From: Thalia democratica
Lineage: Eukaryota
NCBI GenBank assembly: GCA_965202585.1
Contig: OZ241831.1
Location: 17,174,001 to 17,238,000 of the forward strand
Reading direction: 5' to 3'
Length of the DNA: 64,000 bases
Shown: positions 28,057 through 42,300 of the stretch, in pieces
How the letters are laid out: each line of letters opens with the position of its first letter
How positions within the stretch are numbered: the stretch's first letter is position 1
The notes under the pieces: generated by a model
Seen by the model: the letters and a program-made list of their open reading frames with translations, nothing else
Told to the model about the DNA's origin: nothing
Databases searched by the model: none
Translations under genes and position numbers: made by a program

Positions 28057-28394
28057 GGACCTGGTAAAACCAAAGAGCTTTCAATCATCGACCTACACAC
28101 CATTTTTACTTTACCAATTTTGAGTTATATAATAAAAAAAAACTTTTCTTCTTTTAACAAAAAAATCTTTATATATTTTATGTTTTTAGTTTTTGATATT
28201 TATTTTAGTTATGGACCTGGTAAAACCAAAGAGCTTTCAATCATCGACCTACACACCATTTTTACTTTACCAATTTTGAGTTATATAATAAAAAAAACTT
28301 TGTTCTTTTAACAAAAAAAATTTTCTTCTTTTAACAAAAAAACCTTTATATATTTTATGTTTTTAGTTTTTGATATTTATTTTGGTTATGGTTA
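28057..28394. repeat. Recent tandem duplication, 156-bp period
   Basis: GGACCTGGTAAAACCAAAGAGCTTTCAATCATCGACC starts at both 28057 and 28213, and the units are nearly identical. Confidence 0.9.
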
Positions 28395-29640
28395 TGGAAT
28401 AGGTGAAAATATGTTACATTTGATGTATCATTAAATCATTATTTCAAGCTAAAAAATTATCTTTTATGAAATACATAAACAAAATTGAACTTATAAATCA
28501 AAAACTAATAAACTTCTGTATTTAATTGCTTTTATTTTACAATATTAAGTGATTACTTATTTATCTTATACAATAATTTATAGTGATTATGATATTGTAA
28601 AATAAATTTGATTAGATGTTTTAGTTTATAATATATTAATTTAGTTCTTTTTTGTACTTATATAGCTTGTTTAAAACAAAGTATTATTTTTTTAGCTTAA
28701 AACTAAGGTTAAATAAGACATTGAATATATTATATTTTCAGTTTGATATTGGTGCTCACCTAAAGTTAACCATAACCTTTATTTTTTATAAGTAGAAAAA
28801 CATCTGACTCACTTTTCCCTATACAGCAATAAAAATATTTTAAAGGTCAAGCAAGCAATTTGTCATCACCTGTAATTCTACCTCCTCTCTAAAATTAACA
28901 CAAAACAATAAAAAAATATCTATTTAACTGAAAAAAATTCCCTTGGTGACACGTTTTTTGGCAAAGGCTCACAAGGTTAAAATCTCAACACTAAAAACCA
29001 CTAAATGTGGGAAAATTATGAAGCTCAAATCCCTAAGCAAGTATCTGATGATGCTACAACAAAAAACACATTAACAATCCAATCATGTGATCACTGCCAC
29101 CAGTTTGAACTCACAATCAGCTGTTGCTAACTCAAATAAGCTAATATCTAATTGAAAGTATAAAGTTCTATAAAACAATTTAAGTGTATATAAGGAAATA
29201 CTACAAGTAGGAAAAAAGTAATACTGTTTGTATTAAAAAAATATAAAAAAATTATGAAACCAATAAAACAACAATTATTAAACAAATTTGTTAGTGTTAA
29301 CTTGACATAAAACTCTAAACATAATTAAGTATAAATAATGTTAAAAATATAATTATTAATAATAAAATTCAATCGAGGTTTTTATTTTTACCACTAATTT
29401 TAATAAAAATAATAAAATATAATAAAATGAACTATCTTTAATGTAAAACAGTAACAAAAAGATAACTAATAAAATGAATAAACAATAGTTTATTTAAATA
29501 ATTTATAACAATCACTCTTTAATTAGCAAGAAAATCATAAAATAAAAGACCCACCACAATCTGCTGCCCATATAACAAGAATCAAATTTCCACACAAATA
29601 ATACATATATACAAAAGAACTCTAGATCTACTCCTGGTAG

Positions 29641-30900
29641 TTATTTAACAAAAATTTTTTTGTCAATATATTTAAAACAATCTTTTTTTAAATTTTTTGT
29701 AAGTTTCAGGGACACTAGACCACAACTTTGGACCAAAATACTTAAAGCAGACCTTGTTCTATGTCTTCTGGTAATAAATTTAATTTTCTTTGAAAACCTT
29801 GTATTGTGTGATTGAACAGGACTAGCAACTGTATATCTATTGTGCTCTACATCAAACCCTATTAAAGTTTTAGGCATCAACTTACAAATTTTTCAATTTA
29901 CACACATCATTAAATTTCAGCACACTAGTTTTTTTTTTAATCAAGGGTTTGTTGTGGTCAGGGCAGGCACACAAAAGACGTAAGGGCATAGGGGGTAAAA
30001 TACTTTTTTTTTGAAATTTGATATTATTTTATATAGTTTTTACTAATCTACAAAATGCTTTTTACAGATTATAAAAAATCAAATTAATTTTTGAGATATA
30101 GCTGGTCAAGGTCAGAGGTAGCAATAGGATCCTTATGGGAGGCGCAAACTAAAGCATCGAAAATAGACTATTTCTCTAAAAATCTATCTTCTAATACGTT
30201 TTTTGAGATAACTACCTCAAAATTTTAGGATGTGTTCATTGATATATTTAGAAACAACTTTTTTTTTTGTTTTTTTGATATTAAACTTTTTAATTTTTTA
30301 GATTTTGTTCTGACAGAATTTTCTAAATATCGCAAGGAACATATCCTAAAAATTTGAGGTAGTTATCTCAAAAAACGTAGGAGAAGATAGATTTTTAGTG
30401 ATTTCTAGTTATTTGCTGTTTTAGTTTGCGCCTCCCGTAAGGATCCTATTGCTGCCTCCAACTTTGACTGGCTATATATCAAAAATTGTTTTGATATTTT
30501 ATAATCTGTAAAAAGAATCTTGTAGCTTAGTAAAAAGTATATAAAATAAGATCAAATATCAAAAAAAGTCTTTTACCCCACCCCCCATGCCCAGAACTGA
30601 TTACTATTTTTTGCATACAAACAATTGGTTTTGAGTAACATTCAGCACTACCCCAAGCAGGTATGCGATATTGGATGTGCAGATAAAACAAAGTGTAATT
30701 TATATTTTTAAGTGTAATTGTGTCTAAATAATACCTCAATTTTGAAAAAATATAACAACTCCCAGACAAATTTTAATTTGAGAAAACTCAAATGTTTCTT
30801 CCAGTTTAGCTTACCATCCAAAACCACACTTGTTTTATACTATCACTCTGCTCAATAAGAAAACCTTCTGAATAAATTCACAATTATTAAAGTTTTATTG
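29641..30900 (-). mobile_element. Decayed non-LTR retrotransposon (CR1/L2-like ORF2 C-terminus), interrupted by a MITE
   Basis: Minus-strand peptides VVLDGKLNWKKHL, YIFSKLRYYL...NYTLFYLHIQYRIPAWGS, LKFNDV, HNTRFSKK and KYFGPKLWSSVP, with frameshifts. The reading continues across the 29984-30592 insertion. More decayed RT may extend to ~31700. Confidence 0.8.
29984..30592. mobile_element. Fold-back MITE (GGGCATAGGGGG termini, Kolobok-like) nested in the LINE
   Basis: ~280-bp inverted arms; same family as 34057-34744. TSD is degenerate. Confidence 0.8.
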
Positions 30901-33391
30901 AAAAGCAAAACTTTTGTTTATGAGTAGTTATTTAAAAATCTTAGTTAGTCATATATGTACAATAATAGAAAAACAAAACTAAAATAACTTTTAGTTCAGA
31001 ATAACTTACATGAAAAATTAACAGAAGAATAAATTTTTGCTTAAAATTTTAAGGTCATCTCATGCTATTTTATTCTTATAATTTTTAGAAATATTAAATT
31101 TCAAAAGGTTAGGTTCTATGTATATGTTTTAAAATATTAAAATTTGCATCCCCAAATATATTTATACATATAAGAAGATAAACAGTGTAAATAAACATAA
31201 ACTTATTAACATACTTATTAACACAAAAAACTATTTTTTTAAACTAAAATTTACTAATAGTTTAAATGTAACAAAATTATATTTATAATTGCTTAAGTCT
31301 AGACTTGGTCAAAGTCATTTTAATTTATTAACACACTCAAAAATGTCTACCCTTAAGTATAAAGAAAATATCAGTCTAAAACATAGCAAATATGTTGCAA
31401 CCTACTTTATTTATTTCTTTATTCAGTAAGAAATCCTTCAGATATACCTGACACCTTTTAATGTGTCTAAGTTTTTGCTTTATTTATGTTGATGAGAACA
31501 TCTAGTAAAAAAAAAATTATAAAATAATATTTAAAAAAATTATATATTAAAAAAAAAAACAGTTATATATAAATATATAACGCATTTAAAGAAAAACTAT
31601 AAACTTTCATTATAGTACAATAATGGTTTTTATAAAAAACCACATGAAAATACTGCTTCATACTAGTTTATTGCTCCATACTAGGGTTAATATGCATCAG
31701 GCTAAATAAGTCTATTTGGTTATACTGGCTAAATGGGAGGTTTTAGTTGTTCAAAAGCTTGTACTTTTGTTAAATTCTAAAATAAATTTCATAAGCATTT
31801 TTAAAATCAAGTATTAAACTGTGGTTTTCTTTTTAATAAAAAGTTTTTTATATTTTTTTATTTTAATAAATTTATTGCTATAATGTCAAGATATGTCAGT
31901 ACAAAAGCTTGGAAGTTTCTGAATGCTTGAAGAAAGCTGAGAAATTGTTTTTTATAAACAGATTATTTTTTTTACATGTTTTCTACTTTTTGCTTCTTTT
32001 GGCTACATTTTAGTGACTGCAATTATTTAGCTTCTGTTTTTGCATTTCCATCATAACTTTTCTTAATACTTATTTTAACAATTCTAATAAAACTTGTTTA
32101 TGACAAATCTACAATTATAGTTAAAAAATACTTATACAACCAAGATAGACCAAGTGAAAAGTTTCAAAACATTAATTAGAACCAACATAAAACAGCATGC
32201 CTGCAAATTGTTAAGCTTTTATATTAAGAATTATTTTTACTAGAATTCATATGAGCTTGTATATTAAAAAAGCTACTATACCTGTAACTTTATGATATAG
32301 TTTGAATAAGTAAACATTTTAAAATGAAAAAAATAAAAACTAAAATAAAGTAGCTTTGTTATGATATAACAATAAACAATAGTTCTGCAAAGTTTTAGTT
32401 GTTTTTTTAATGTTTCTATATGAAGTCAAATAGTACTAGCTCATAAAAAAAAATACTATATGACTTTTTAAGGTTAAGCTCATATGGTTGTAAATTTTGA
32501 AATACAGAAGTTTTAACTTCAATAAAAAAAGTTTCATTAAAATTAAGTATTAAAAAGTGCCTTCAAAGTTTTAGTTACAGTTACCACTCAATTAAGCTAA
32601 TTAGGATAACTCAGGCTTTTTTAAACTTTTAAAAGACTCTGGCTTCTCAAACAATTTTTTTTAATGATTTAGATATTTCTTACTTGAATATTTTTTTTTG
32701 CAAAATATTTTTTTTGTTATTGATATTTAAAGTATTAAAGCTTGATTAAGAGTAAATTTTTATATATTTGCTCATGTTATTTTTTGATTTTAATTTTCTT
32801 ATAAATTCAGGCAAACTCAGACTAGTTTTTGCTCCCTCAAGCTTGCTATTTTGCCTCAAATATTGTAAATCTTGTATGAAGTAAAAATTAAAAAAAAATA
32901 AAAAAAATAAATAGTTTTCAAGTTGAGGAGTCAGCAAAATGCTGATCAATACTAACACTAGAGCAGAAGTCTCTGACTTGCACTGTAACTTTATGATATT
33001 TTTTTAATCAATCAAAGTTAGTTTTTTATGATATAGTTTTACAGTTTTAGTTCATAACAAAATTTTGAGTAAATATCATTGTTAATTTTGTTATTATATT
33101 TCTATTAGTATAATTGTCTAAGTTATAGTGGCCTACAAAAAAAATAAATTTAGCAAATTATATTGTTTTTAAATAGTAGCTAGTAAACCCTGCTCTATTT
33201 ATATAATATATTTATTTTAAATAAAAAATTTTTTTTCATTAAATTGCAAATTAAACTGTTTTACTTTATGGGTTTATTTTAATCAAAGACATATAAAAAT
33301 TATGTTTTAACTTTTACATGTCATTGCTGAGTCACATTTTTTAAAGATCAGTAAAATCATTAAAAAAATTTTTATATTGTTTTAGCTTAAA

Positions 33392-36300
33392 ATGTTGCGG
33401 TCATTTGGAGCTTTCCTCATCAAAAACCCAAATACTTTTCTTGTTTGTCAAAATCGATGCAAGGTAAATGTAGTTAGCACAATTACTGCTGAAAAATTGT
33501 GGGACTCAGCTTCTCCTACAAAACTGAGAATTGGCAGAGGAAAGCGTGCCAAAAAAAAGAAGCGTGTTGATCTGGGAAAGGAGAAAGTTTTAGGGGAAGG
33601 TGAAGCAGGAATGGTATGGCCTGGACTAAATATCAACATTAAAGATACCCAGTAAGTTTTTGTGTTGTCTAGTTTGAGTGGTAGTAAGTTTGCAGTTATA
33701 CTAGCCACTTTTAATGTTTATATTTTGTATTGTAAAAGTTTTATTTTTTTGTTTGAAGTTTATGATTAGTTAATGTAACGCTTACTGCTAGTTTTAAAAC
33801 AACTTTACTTGAAGTATATAATGTGCTAAAATGTTAAAATTTTTATTGTAACATATCTAGTTTTTTCCAATGTTTTTTATGAGTGTCATTAAAATTGAAA
33901 ATAATTTACTGACATAACAACAGAAAAAAACAGTTATTAAAATATTTAAACTACTTTAAACATTTTTTAAAATTAAAAAAAATCTTAGTTGTTTTGCATA
34001 AAATTGTTCAACAAATAGTCATTATTTTCATCTTAAAATATTTGATTAAGTATTAAGGGCATGGGGGGGGGGGTGCACCTTGGTTTTTACAAGTTGATCT
34101 TATTTTATAGAGTTATATCTGAGCTATCAGTCATTTTTAACCGCTTGAAAAAATTCAAAGTATTTTTTGAGTTATTAGCATCAAAGTCGGTGACCTCAAT
34201 AGGTTCCTAATGGAAGGCGCAAACTAAAAATGCAAAAAAAGACTATTTCACCAAAAGTCTATCTCCTTCTTTACTTTTTGAGCAATCTTCTTCAAAATTC
34301 ACAGAAAATGTATTATTAAATTTTAAAAAGATTGAATGCAGGAATTTTTTTAATTTTGAAAATAAAAGAAATTTATTAAAAAAAACCACATATTTTTTTG
34401 ATTTTATTATCTAAAATTTTTTATTTTTATATTTCAAAATTCAAACATTCAAAGTCTTCAAATTACAAAAGGAACGTTTCCTGAAAATTTGAGGTCTCTA
34501 GCTCAAAAATTGAAGGAGAAGATAAGAGTATTTTTATTGATTTTTTAAATTTCCGAGAAATTTGACCACAAAAAACTTGCGGAATATACATTTGTATTGG
34601 AAACTTTTTATAGAAATTATAATATCTGAAAAGTTAAATATATTTTTTTAACTCTATAAAAACTGTCTTGTAGTTTGTACTTTAAACTTTAATATAAGAT
34701 ACAATGTTATTTTTAGTAAAAAAAATCTTGCACCCCCTATGCCCTTAAGTGTAATAAAATTGTAATATGAAACAATACTTCTTACAATTAAAAAATTATT
34801 AATTTAAGTAATCAGAGTTGCCATAAAACCTGGAATACTGAAAACCTGGAAAAACCTGGAATTTGAGAAATTTTGAAAAAAAATCTGGAAAAACCTGGAA
34901 TTTTAAACAACTTTTACATGTAAAGTATCGAAATTTCGATCTGTCACAAAAAATTTATTAAATAAATAATTTTTCTGTCATCATCAAAAATTTTTTTTCA
35001 TTAAAGTACACATTTAAAGTAGCTTTACAGTATTTTTCAATGTTGTTATACTCTTTGATACAGTTTTTTACCTTAAACTTGATTTAAACTAAAAATAGAC
35101 TCACAAACGTGTACTTTCAAAAACCTTTAAGAAATTTAAAAAACATGGAGAAAATTTGCCAGAAACCAATAGCAACCCTGAGTAGTGCAAAATTTTACGA
35201 TTTATATTATTCATAAAAAATTCTTAATATAGTCAATACTTTTTGTTGATTATAAAAACCGTTATGCTTCTTTGTTGAGTTTGTTTTTTAATTTATAAGT
35301 CAGTTGATTAAATATCGTTTTCAATTGTTAAGGCTTTATAAATAAAGAAAATATATTTATTTTAACTTGTATTATGATATAGAAAACAACAGTTAGCAAT
35401 GAACATGTTTAATTAAAGGTTTTTAAATTATTAAACTTAACTTAAATTGAATACTACTATTTAACCTATTACTTTTGCATTAATAAGTTTTAGTACATTT
35501 CTAGAACAGAGAAGCCAAGCTATAATTAAGTTTAAATGAATAGTTTTTAGATAAAAATTTTTCAATAGTCTTTTACCTAGGGTTCCCATTACAAAATTTT
35601 GTTCAAGTTTTAAGGTTAAATATTTTTTATAACAAATTGTTAATTATAACCTGTATAAACATGTACTCTTCAAAAGAAATTCCAATTTGAATAAGGTGCA
35701 AAGTTTTGTTTAAATATTTTTATCATTATTTAAAAATAAAACCAAAGCGAATTAGAACTACTATAACCAATTGCCAACTGTGATAAAAATATAATATTAA
35801 CAGGGTAAACAGAAAGTTTTTGGACTATAAAAAAACAGAAATATATATTAATATAAATAAAAGTTATAAGTTAGCTAACTAATAATTGTTTTAATTATTG
35901 TTAATATATAATATTCCTTTTTTAATTAGGCATTTAATTCTCTGTTTTAAATTATCAACTGAGGCGCACAGTGTTTACTGAGTGGGTTTAGCCCTATTAC
36001 TCAAAACCAATGTCTTCAAAGGAACAACGCTTGAATAAGCAACATAACCTACTTTTCTTTGAAAGCTTCCTTGAAAAATCCAATAAATTCAAATCAGGCA
36101 ATCAATTAGTTCACATTTCAATATTCTTTAATCTTGGAAAATAAGTTTGCACAAGCCACAAGCCTTGACTTTTTTTGGGAGTTGGTTGGTGCTCCATCTT
36201 GTAGGAAGGTAAAAAGCTAATCTGTGATTTTTTTTTATGAAACACTGAAACCAAAGTAAAGAAGAGAACTTAATCCCATGTTGAGCTTAGACACATGATC

Positions 36301-39300
36301 AACAAAAATCAGAGAAGACTTTCAAAATTTGCAGCAGCACTACAAAAAAACATTTTTTGTAGATAGTAAACTTTTATTATGGAGTATCAGTGACTGTTGA
36401 AAACTTTAAGGTACACTGTCATTCTGATCAATTTGTTGCAACTGATTTTTTTGGGAACGGGTCAAAATGGCACAAAGACAAAATTGCACAAGGGCACAAA
36501 ATTGCACGAAGAAAATTTTGTACCAAGAGTCAATTTTGCACAAGTTACACAATTTTGAGTAAAAAGTATAAAAAAAAAAAAAAAAACTAGAAGATAAATT
36601 AAAAAAAAAAAAAAAAATTACTGACTGATGGTAAGGGTTAGGGGTACAGTTATAAACAATAACTAATAAAAGTTATTATAAAATAATAAAAAAACAAGAA
36701 AAATGGTTAAATAAAAATAAATTAATTAAAAAGAATAAAAAAAGCTACCGACCAAGGGTAAGGGTTAGGGGTAACAGTGATAGTAAAAAAGGAAACAAAA
36801 AAATTAAGTAGTAAAAAAAAAGATCAATAAAAGAAATATAAATAAAGAAATAGTTTACTCACCAAGGGTAAGGCTTAGGAGTAACAGTGATAGTAAAAAA
36901 AAACAAGTTAATAATAAAAAAAAAAGTTAAAATAAATAAAAAAATTATATAATAAAAACAAATAAAAAATTCAATTAGTAAAAAAAAAGTCTCCATGCAA
37001 AATTGTCTGCTTGTGCAAAGAGTCTTTCTGCAAAAGTATCTTTGTGGAATTTTATGCCCTTGTGCAATTTTGTGCGTTTGTGTAAATTTGACAGCTACCA
37101 GCTTTTTTTAGCTACTTATGCTTTTCAACAGGTACTATTTTTTTCTCATCATGTAGTGTATCAAGTGAATTATTTTTGATGATAGTTTTATTTAAATCAC
37201 ACACTAACGTTCATACCTTTAGTTATTTTACTAAAAATAACATTGTATCTTATATGAAAGCCAGAAATACAAACTACAAGCCAGTTTTTATAGAATTAAA
37301 AAATCTTATTTAACTTTTGAGATATTCTAATTCTTTTAAACATTTTCCAATACAAACATATGGACAGCAAATTTTTCAGGGTCAATTTTTTGGAAATTTA
37401 AAGAATCACTAAAAATCTACCTTCTCCTTCATCTTTTGAGCTAAAGAGCTCAAATTTTTAGGAAACGTTCCTTTTACAGTTAAAAAGACTTTAAATGTTC
37501 GAATTTTAAATATATTAAAAAAAAATTTTAAATATAAAAACAAAAAAAGGTGGATTTTTTTTAATAAAATTTTTATTTTTCAAAATTAAAAAAAATCCTG
37601 TATTCAATCTTTTTAAAATCTAATAATACACTTTCTGTGAAATTTTGAAGAAGATTGCTCAAAAAAAGAAGGAGAAGATAGATTTATAGTGATTTTTTAG
37701 GAACCTGTTTAGGTCACCAACTTTGATCTCTCATATCTCAAAAAATACTTTGAATTTTTTCTAGTGGTTAAAAGTGTCTGATAGCACAGATGAAACTCTA
37801 TAAAACAAGATCAACTTGTAAAAATCAAGGTGGACCCCCTATGCCCTTAAACTATTATTTCTATTTGTCTTTTCATATTTTCATGTTAAAAAGTTATTTT
37901 GCAGTTTTTATGTTTTAAAATTTATTAAGTTAGTGCCTGCCAAACTTTAAATATTTTTTTTTTCAACTATTTCATTTTTAGGAGTAGCATAAACTCATAA
38001 AGTTGGGCTATTTTTACATATCAGTCAGCTAATAAAAATTTCAATGTATATGATAACGCACTAAAGCATAAAATTATTTTCTTAAAATGTTTAAAGTACT
38101 TTTACTCTCTTAATTTTTCAGTTCAAAATTTAGTCTATAAAGATAAACATGATTAAATAAACACTTTAAGGTTGGGAGGAGGGGGTTCAACACTTTATTT
38201 TACAAAATTTAACTTTGGCTTTTATATGAAAGTTTTTTAATTTATAAGCCAGTTTTAATAGAATTCAAAAATATCATTAAACTTAAGAGATATTTTATAT
38301 TTTGTAAAATGTTTTTGATACAAACGTATGGACCACAAATTTTTGGGGTCAACTTTCTTGGAAATTTTAAAATTCACTAAAAATCTATCTCCTCCTTCAT
38401 TTTTTAAGCAATCTTCTTTAAATTTTCGGGAAATGTTCCTTATATTATAAGAAAAAAACGTTACTTATGAATTTTAATAATTTAGATAGTTAAAGTTTAA
38501 TGACAAAAATTAAAAATAGAAAAAGAATTAATTCTTGCTTAAAATTTTTAAAGTCCAAAGTAACGTTTTTTTTTTTATTATATAGAGATTAGACTGTTAA
38601 AGTTTGAAGAAGATTGCTTGAAAAATGTAGGAGGAGATAGATTTTAAATAAAATAGTCTTTTTTGCTGTTTTAGTTTTCCCTACCCGTAAGGAGCCTATA
38701 ATGCAACCGACTTTGACCGGTCATATCTAAAACAAAATTAGATTTTTTTATAAACGGTAAAAAGGAACTTGAAGCCTATTAAAACAAGATAAATTGTAAA
38801 AAACAAGGCTAACTTCCCTATGGCCTTGATAAAATATAGAATCCCTAAAACCATTGAATAAATTATTTCATATTTTGCCAATGTTTTTTTTTAAATGGAT
38901 TTTGTAAAGAAAAACATTATCATGAAACTTAAAATTGTAAAAGCATATATTTTTGTATAGTCATATTCATTTAAAAAAGGTTTTTAAAGATATAGTTAAG
39001 TATATTTTCTTTTATATTTAAGGTGTTTTTGATAGTACTAGTTATGCATCTACACTTTTATTTTATATAGATAAGTTTAGTTTATAGATTTTAAATATGA
39101 AAGATTTTTTGCAAAGTAGTTATAAATCTTTAAATTAAAATTTAGTTAAAGGGAAGCTTTTGATTAGTATTTATTAAAAACAGTTTTTTTTTATAGCTTA
39201 ACCACAATTGTAATACAAAGTTTTTCACTTAAGATAAAGATAATAATAGTCACATCTCGCGAATCTACGCACACTGTGTCCACAGCAAAAGTGCGTCACT

Positions 39301-42300
39301 AAACAAGAGGATGTAACTAAATGAAAGGTAGCAAATATATCTACATTATTGACTGCTTTTCTATGCTTTGTTTACAAATACTTCTTTTTTGTACTATCAC
39401 GTATTGCTTTTGACTTAACTTTTTCTGTTTTGCAGTGTGAGGTAACAATTTGCTTTAGTTTTAAATACTTAAAACTAATTGTGTACCTTATTTCGAAAAA
39501 GGTAAATTTAAAATTTGTTAAAAAATTTTTTTTTTTTTTGCTAAGCTTATATGCTTACTATAAAATTATAACGCAATGTAACATAATATTTACGAACTTA
39601 AATTAAGATTAGAGCTTTTATTTTATATTAACTAATACATAGTAAATAATTATGCACTTAAAAGATAGAATATAAATTTATATTTAACTCTAACAAAAGG
39701 TCAGTTTTATTATTAAATGCGTTGATTAAAAATCATTTTTACAGATACTTGAACTATACAGCTGTAAGCTGAAATTTCCTCAAATATGTGCATACCTTTT
39801 ATAAAATTCATATATTGTAGTTTTTAGATAAATTTTACTGATTTGAACCAAATTTACAATATTAAAGAATTTCAAATTACTTTTTGTATACTTTGAGAAT
39901 TTTAAAATACGTAACTAAACGAGACTGCGTAACCAAACGAGTGCGAAGAATTGCGAGAGGTGACTGTAATTACGTTATTACGTATTGAATTTTTGATATT
40001 TCCTTTTCAATGTAATAATTAGTTGTAGAGTTTAGATTATATTTTTAATGAAACAATGAGTTGCATCAAAAATATGTTTTACTAAAACAAAGGATGCCAA
40101 TTACTTGTAAATATAATTTCTAAAACCGTTTTTTTCTTAAATTGTACAGAAGTTATTAACTAATAAAGTATGTTTGTTTTAGGAGATATCAACGCTCCGA
40201 AGAAGAACAAGCAGAATTTCTGAAACTTAGAGAAGAAAAAGAGAAGGCAAGGATTCGTCCTCCAAGAGAAAAAGTCATGGGTTGGACAGGAGCTCACTGG
40301 GGTGGTGTTTTTCTAGACCCAACTCCGAATGACCCTTTTGAAGGATTTAGAACGTCGGTTGTATTTTTGTTAACACAGTGTCAAGGTTGCCAAAGAATAT
40401 GGAATCCTGGAAAAACCTAGGTTTTGACAATCTAGTCAAAAAAAAAACTGAAACCTTGAATTTTAAAATTTTTGAAAATAACTTTGAATTTCGAACAAGA
40501 ATCACTAAAAAACCTGGAAAAACCTGCACTTTTAAATAATTTCTACATGTAAAGTAACAATTAGGTTCAAAAATCCAATCATGAAGACAAACAAATTTTT
40601 GTATCAATAGTTTTTTTTTCATAAAAAAATTTTACTAAGCTTTACAGTATCTTTTGAATGATTTTATACTATTTACAACATTTTTTTTAACTTAAAATTA
40701 ATTTAATACTTAAAATTGGCCAAAAAACTTGTTTTTTTTTTAAACCTTAAAAGATTTGCACAAAATCTTAGGCAACCTTGTCAGTGTTTATTTTTAAACA
40801 AAAATTTTATGTGTTTGAAACTAATGTAGTGTTATAAGATTTGGATATATCAAAAAAATATGTAGAAATTAATTTTTAAAACCAAGTATATTTAAATACT
40901 TTATTTGATGTAATATTTTTTATCGTTTTTAATGTAAAAGTGTATTATTTAAATAAATTATTTAATAAAAACTATTTGAACAAGAATTCATTAAAATTAA
41001 TAGCCCTAGAAGGTGAACATTATTTTATAAAATAATTTTTTAAATAAAAATTATGTATTAATCTCCTTGAACTTAACTTTAGAAGTGTAATTAATACTTT
41101 TAAAATAAACCTAAAGTATACAATTAATTAATTAGGGTTGACAAAAAACCTGGAGTTTGAAAATTTGTGCAAAAAAAAACCTTGAAAAGGTTAGAAAATT
41201 AAACAATTTTTACATATAAAATAACGAAGTTTGGATTAGTTACGAAAATCTATCATAATTTTTTTTTAGACATTTTAGAATTTATTAATTATAAAACACA
41301 TTTAAGTAGCATTACAGTATTTTTAAACCTACGGTGACCTGCCAACTAGGTACACACTTTGAACACAGCAAAATGTGCGTACCCGACCGGCAGTTCGTAC
41401 CCAGAAAATTTTGGTCTTTAACTACTAAATTAAGTCTAATACAAACATGTAAAAAACCACTAAAGTTTACAAATTAAAGCAAAATCCCCAAAAACAAAAA
41501 CTTTTATCATATAAATAAATAGCTTATTGAAAGATTGTTAGAAGTCTTTAGTTTATATTTGTTTAATAAATTTATTTATATATAAGTTTTTATTTATGTT
41601 TGTAGTTTCTATTCAACCCATACTTTTTTAAAATCCATCTTGTATCTCCTTGTACCTTTAAAATTTAAATAGAACACATATTTATGTGACTGTTAATTTT
41701 AATAAATAAGTATTTATAAAAACATTAATCATGCTTATATTTAAATGTGTTTATTCAAAAACGCTAGTTTAAGGCTCCAAAATTAAAAAAAGAATGTCTG
41801 CTAAACCAAAACGACAAACTACACTAATAGAAATGTTTTCAAAAGCATCTAGTTCTAAATAAATCTCAATTGCAATCTTCTTTATTTTCATTAACATCGC
41901 TTTTTTATACAAATTTTACATTTATGTTTCAATGTATGTAAGTGTCAATTGCATTGTTATTTAATTTCGTTAATATCGCTTTTTATACGCTTTTTGCATT
42001 TATGATACAATCGTTGGGTATGTAAACGTTAATTTCACTGTTCATTATTTTCGTTTATCTAAATTTTGTATGACTTTTCAAGTATTTTTATTCATATGTT
42101 ATAATCATTGGGTATAAAAATTTAAATTGCACTATTAGTTATTTTTTTGAAATAGATTAACTGTAACATGTATATTTAAATATTGGATTTTATATACAGT
42201 TTGTAAGTTTATAACTTTTTTTCTGGTTCCTTTAATTTTAAATTATTTTTACTTAATACAGTACAACTTATTAAGATTTTTTTTTTACATTAGTAGCTTG

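Noticed and set aside
32746-32958. 70-aa minus-strand ORF upstream of MRPS5
   Set aside because: No ATG or recognisable domain; may be an exon or a LINE remnant, but unsupported.
33448-33708. 86-aa minus-strand ORF
   Set aside because: Antisense to MRPS5 exon 1.
36390-36590. ORF 36390-36590 (also 53965-54201 and 54404-54661)
   Set aside because: Translations of MITE subterminal repeats.
36625-36900. TTAGGG hits as an interstitial telomere
   Set aside because: Isolated single units inside a MITE, not a tandem array.
40347-40622. ORFs 40347-40622 and 49959-50204
   Set aside because: Lie over CAGGGTTGCC MITEs; low-complexity F/K/L content.
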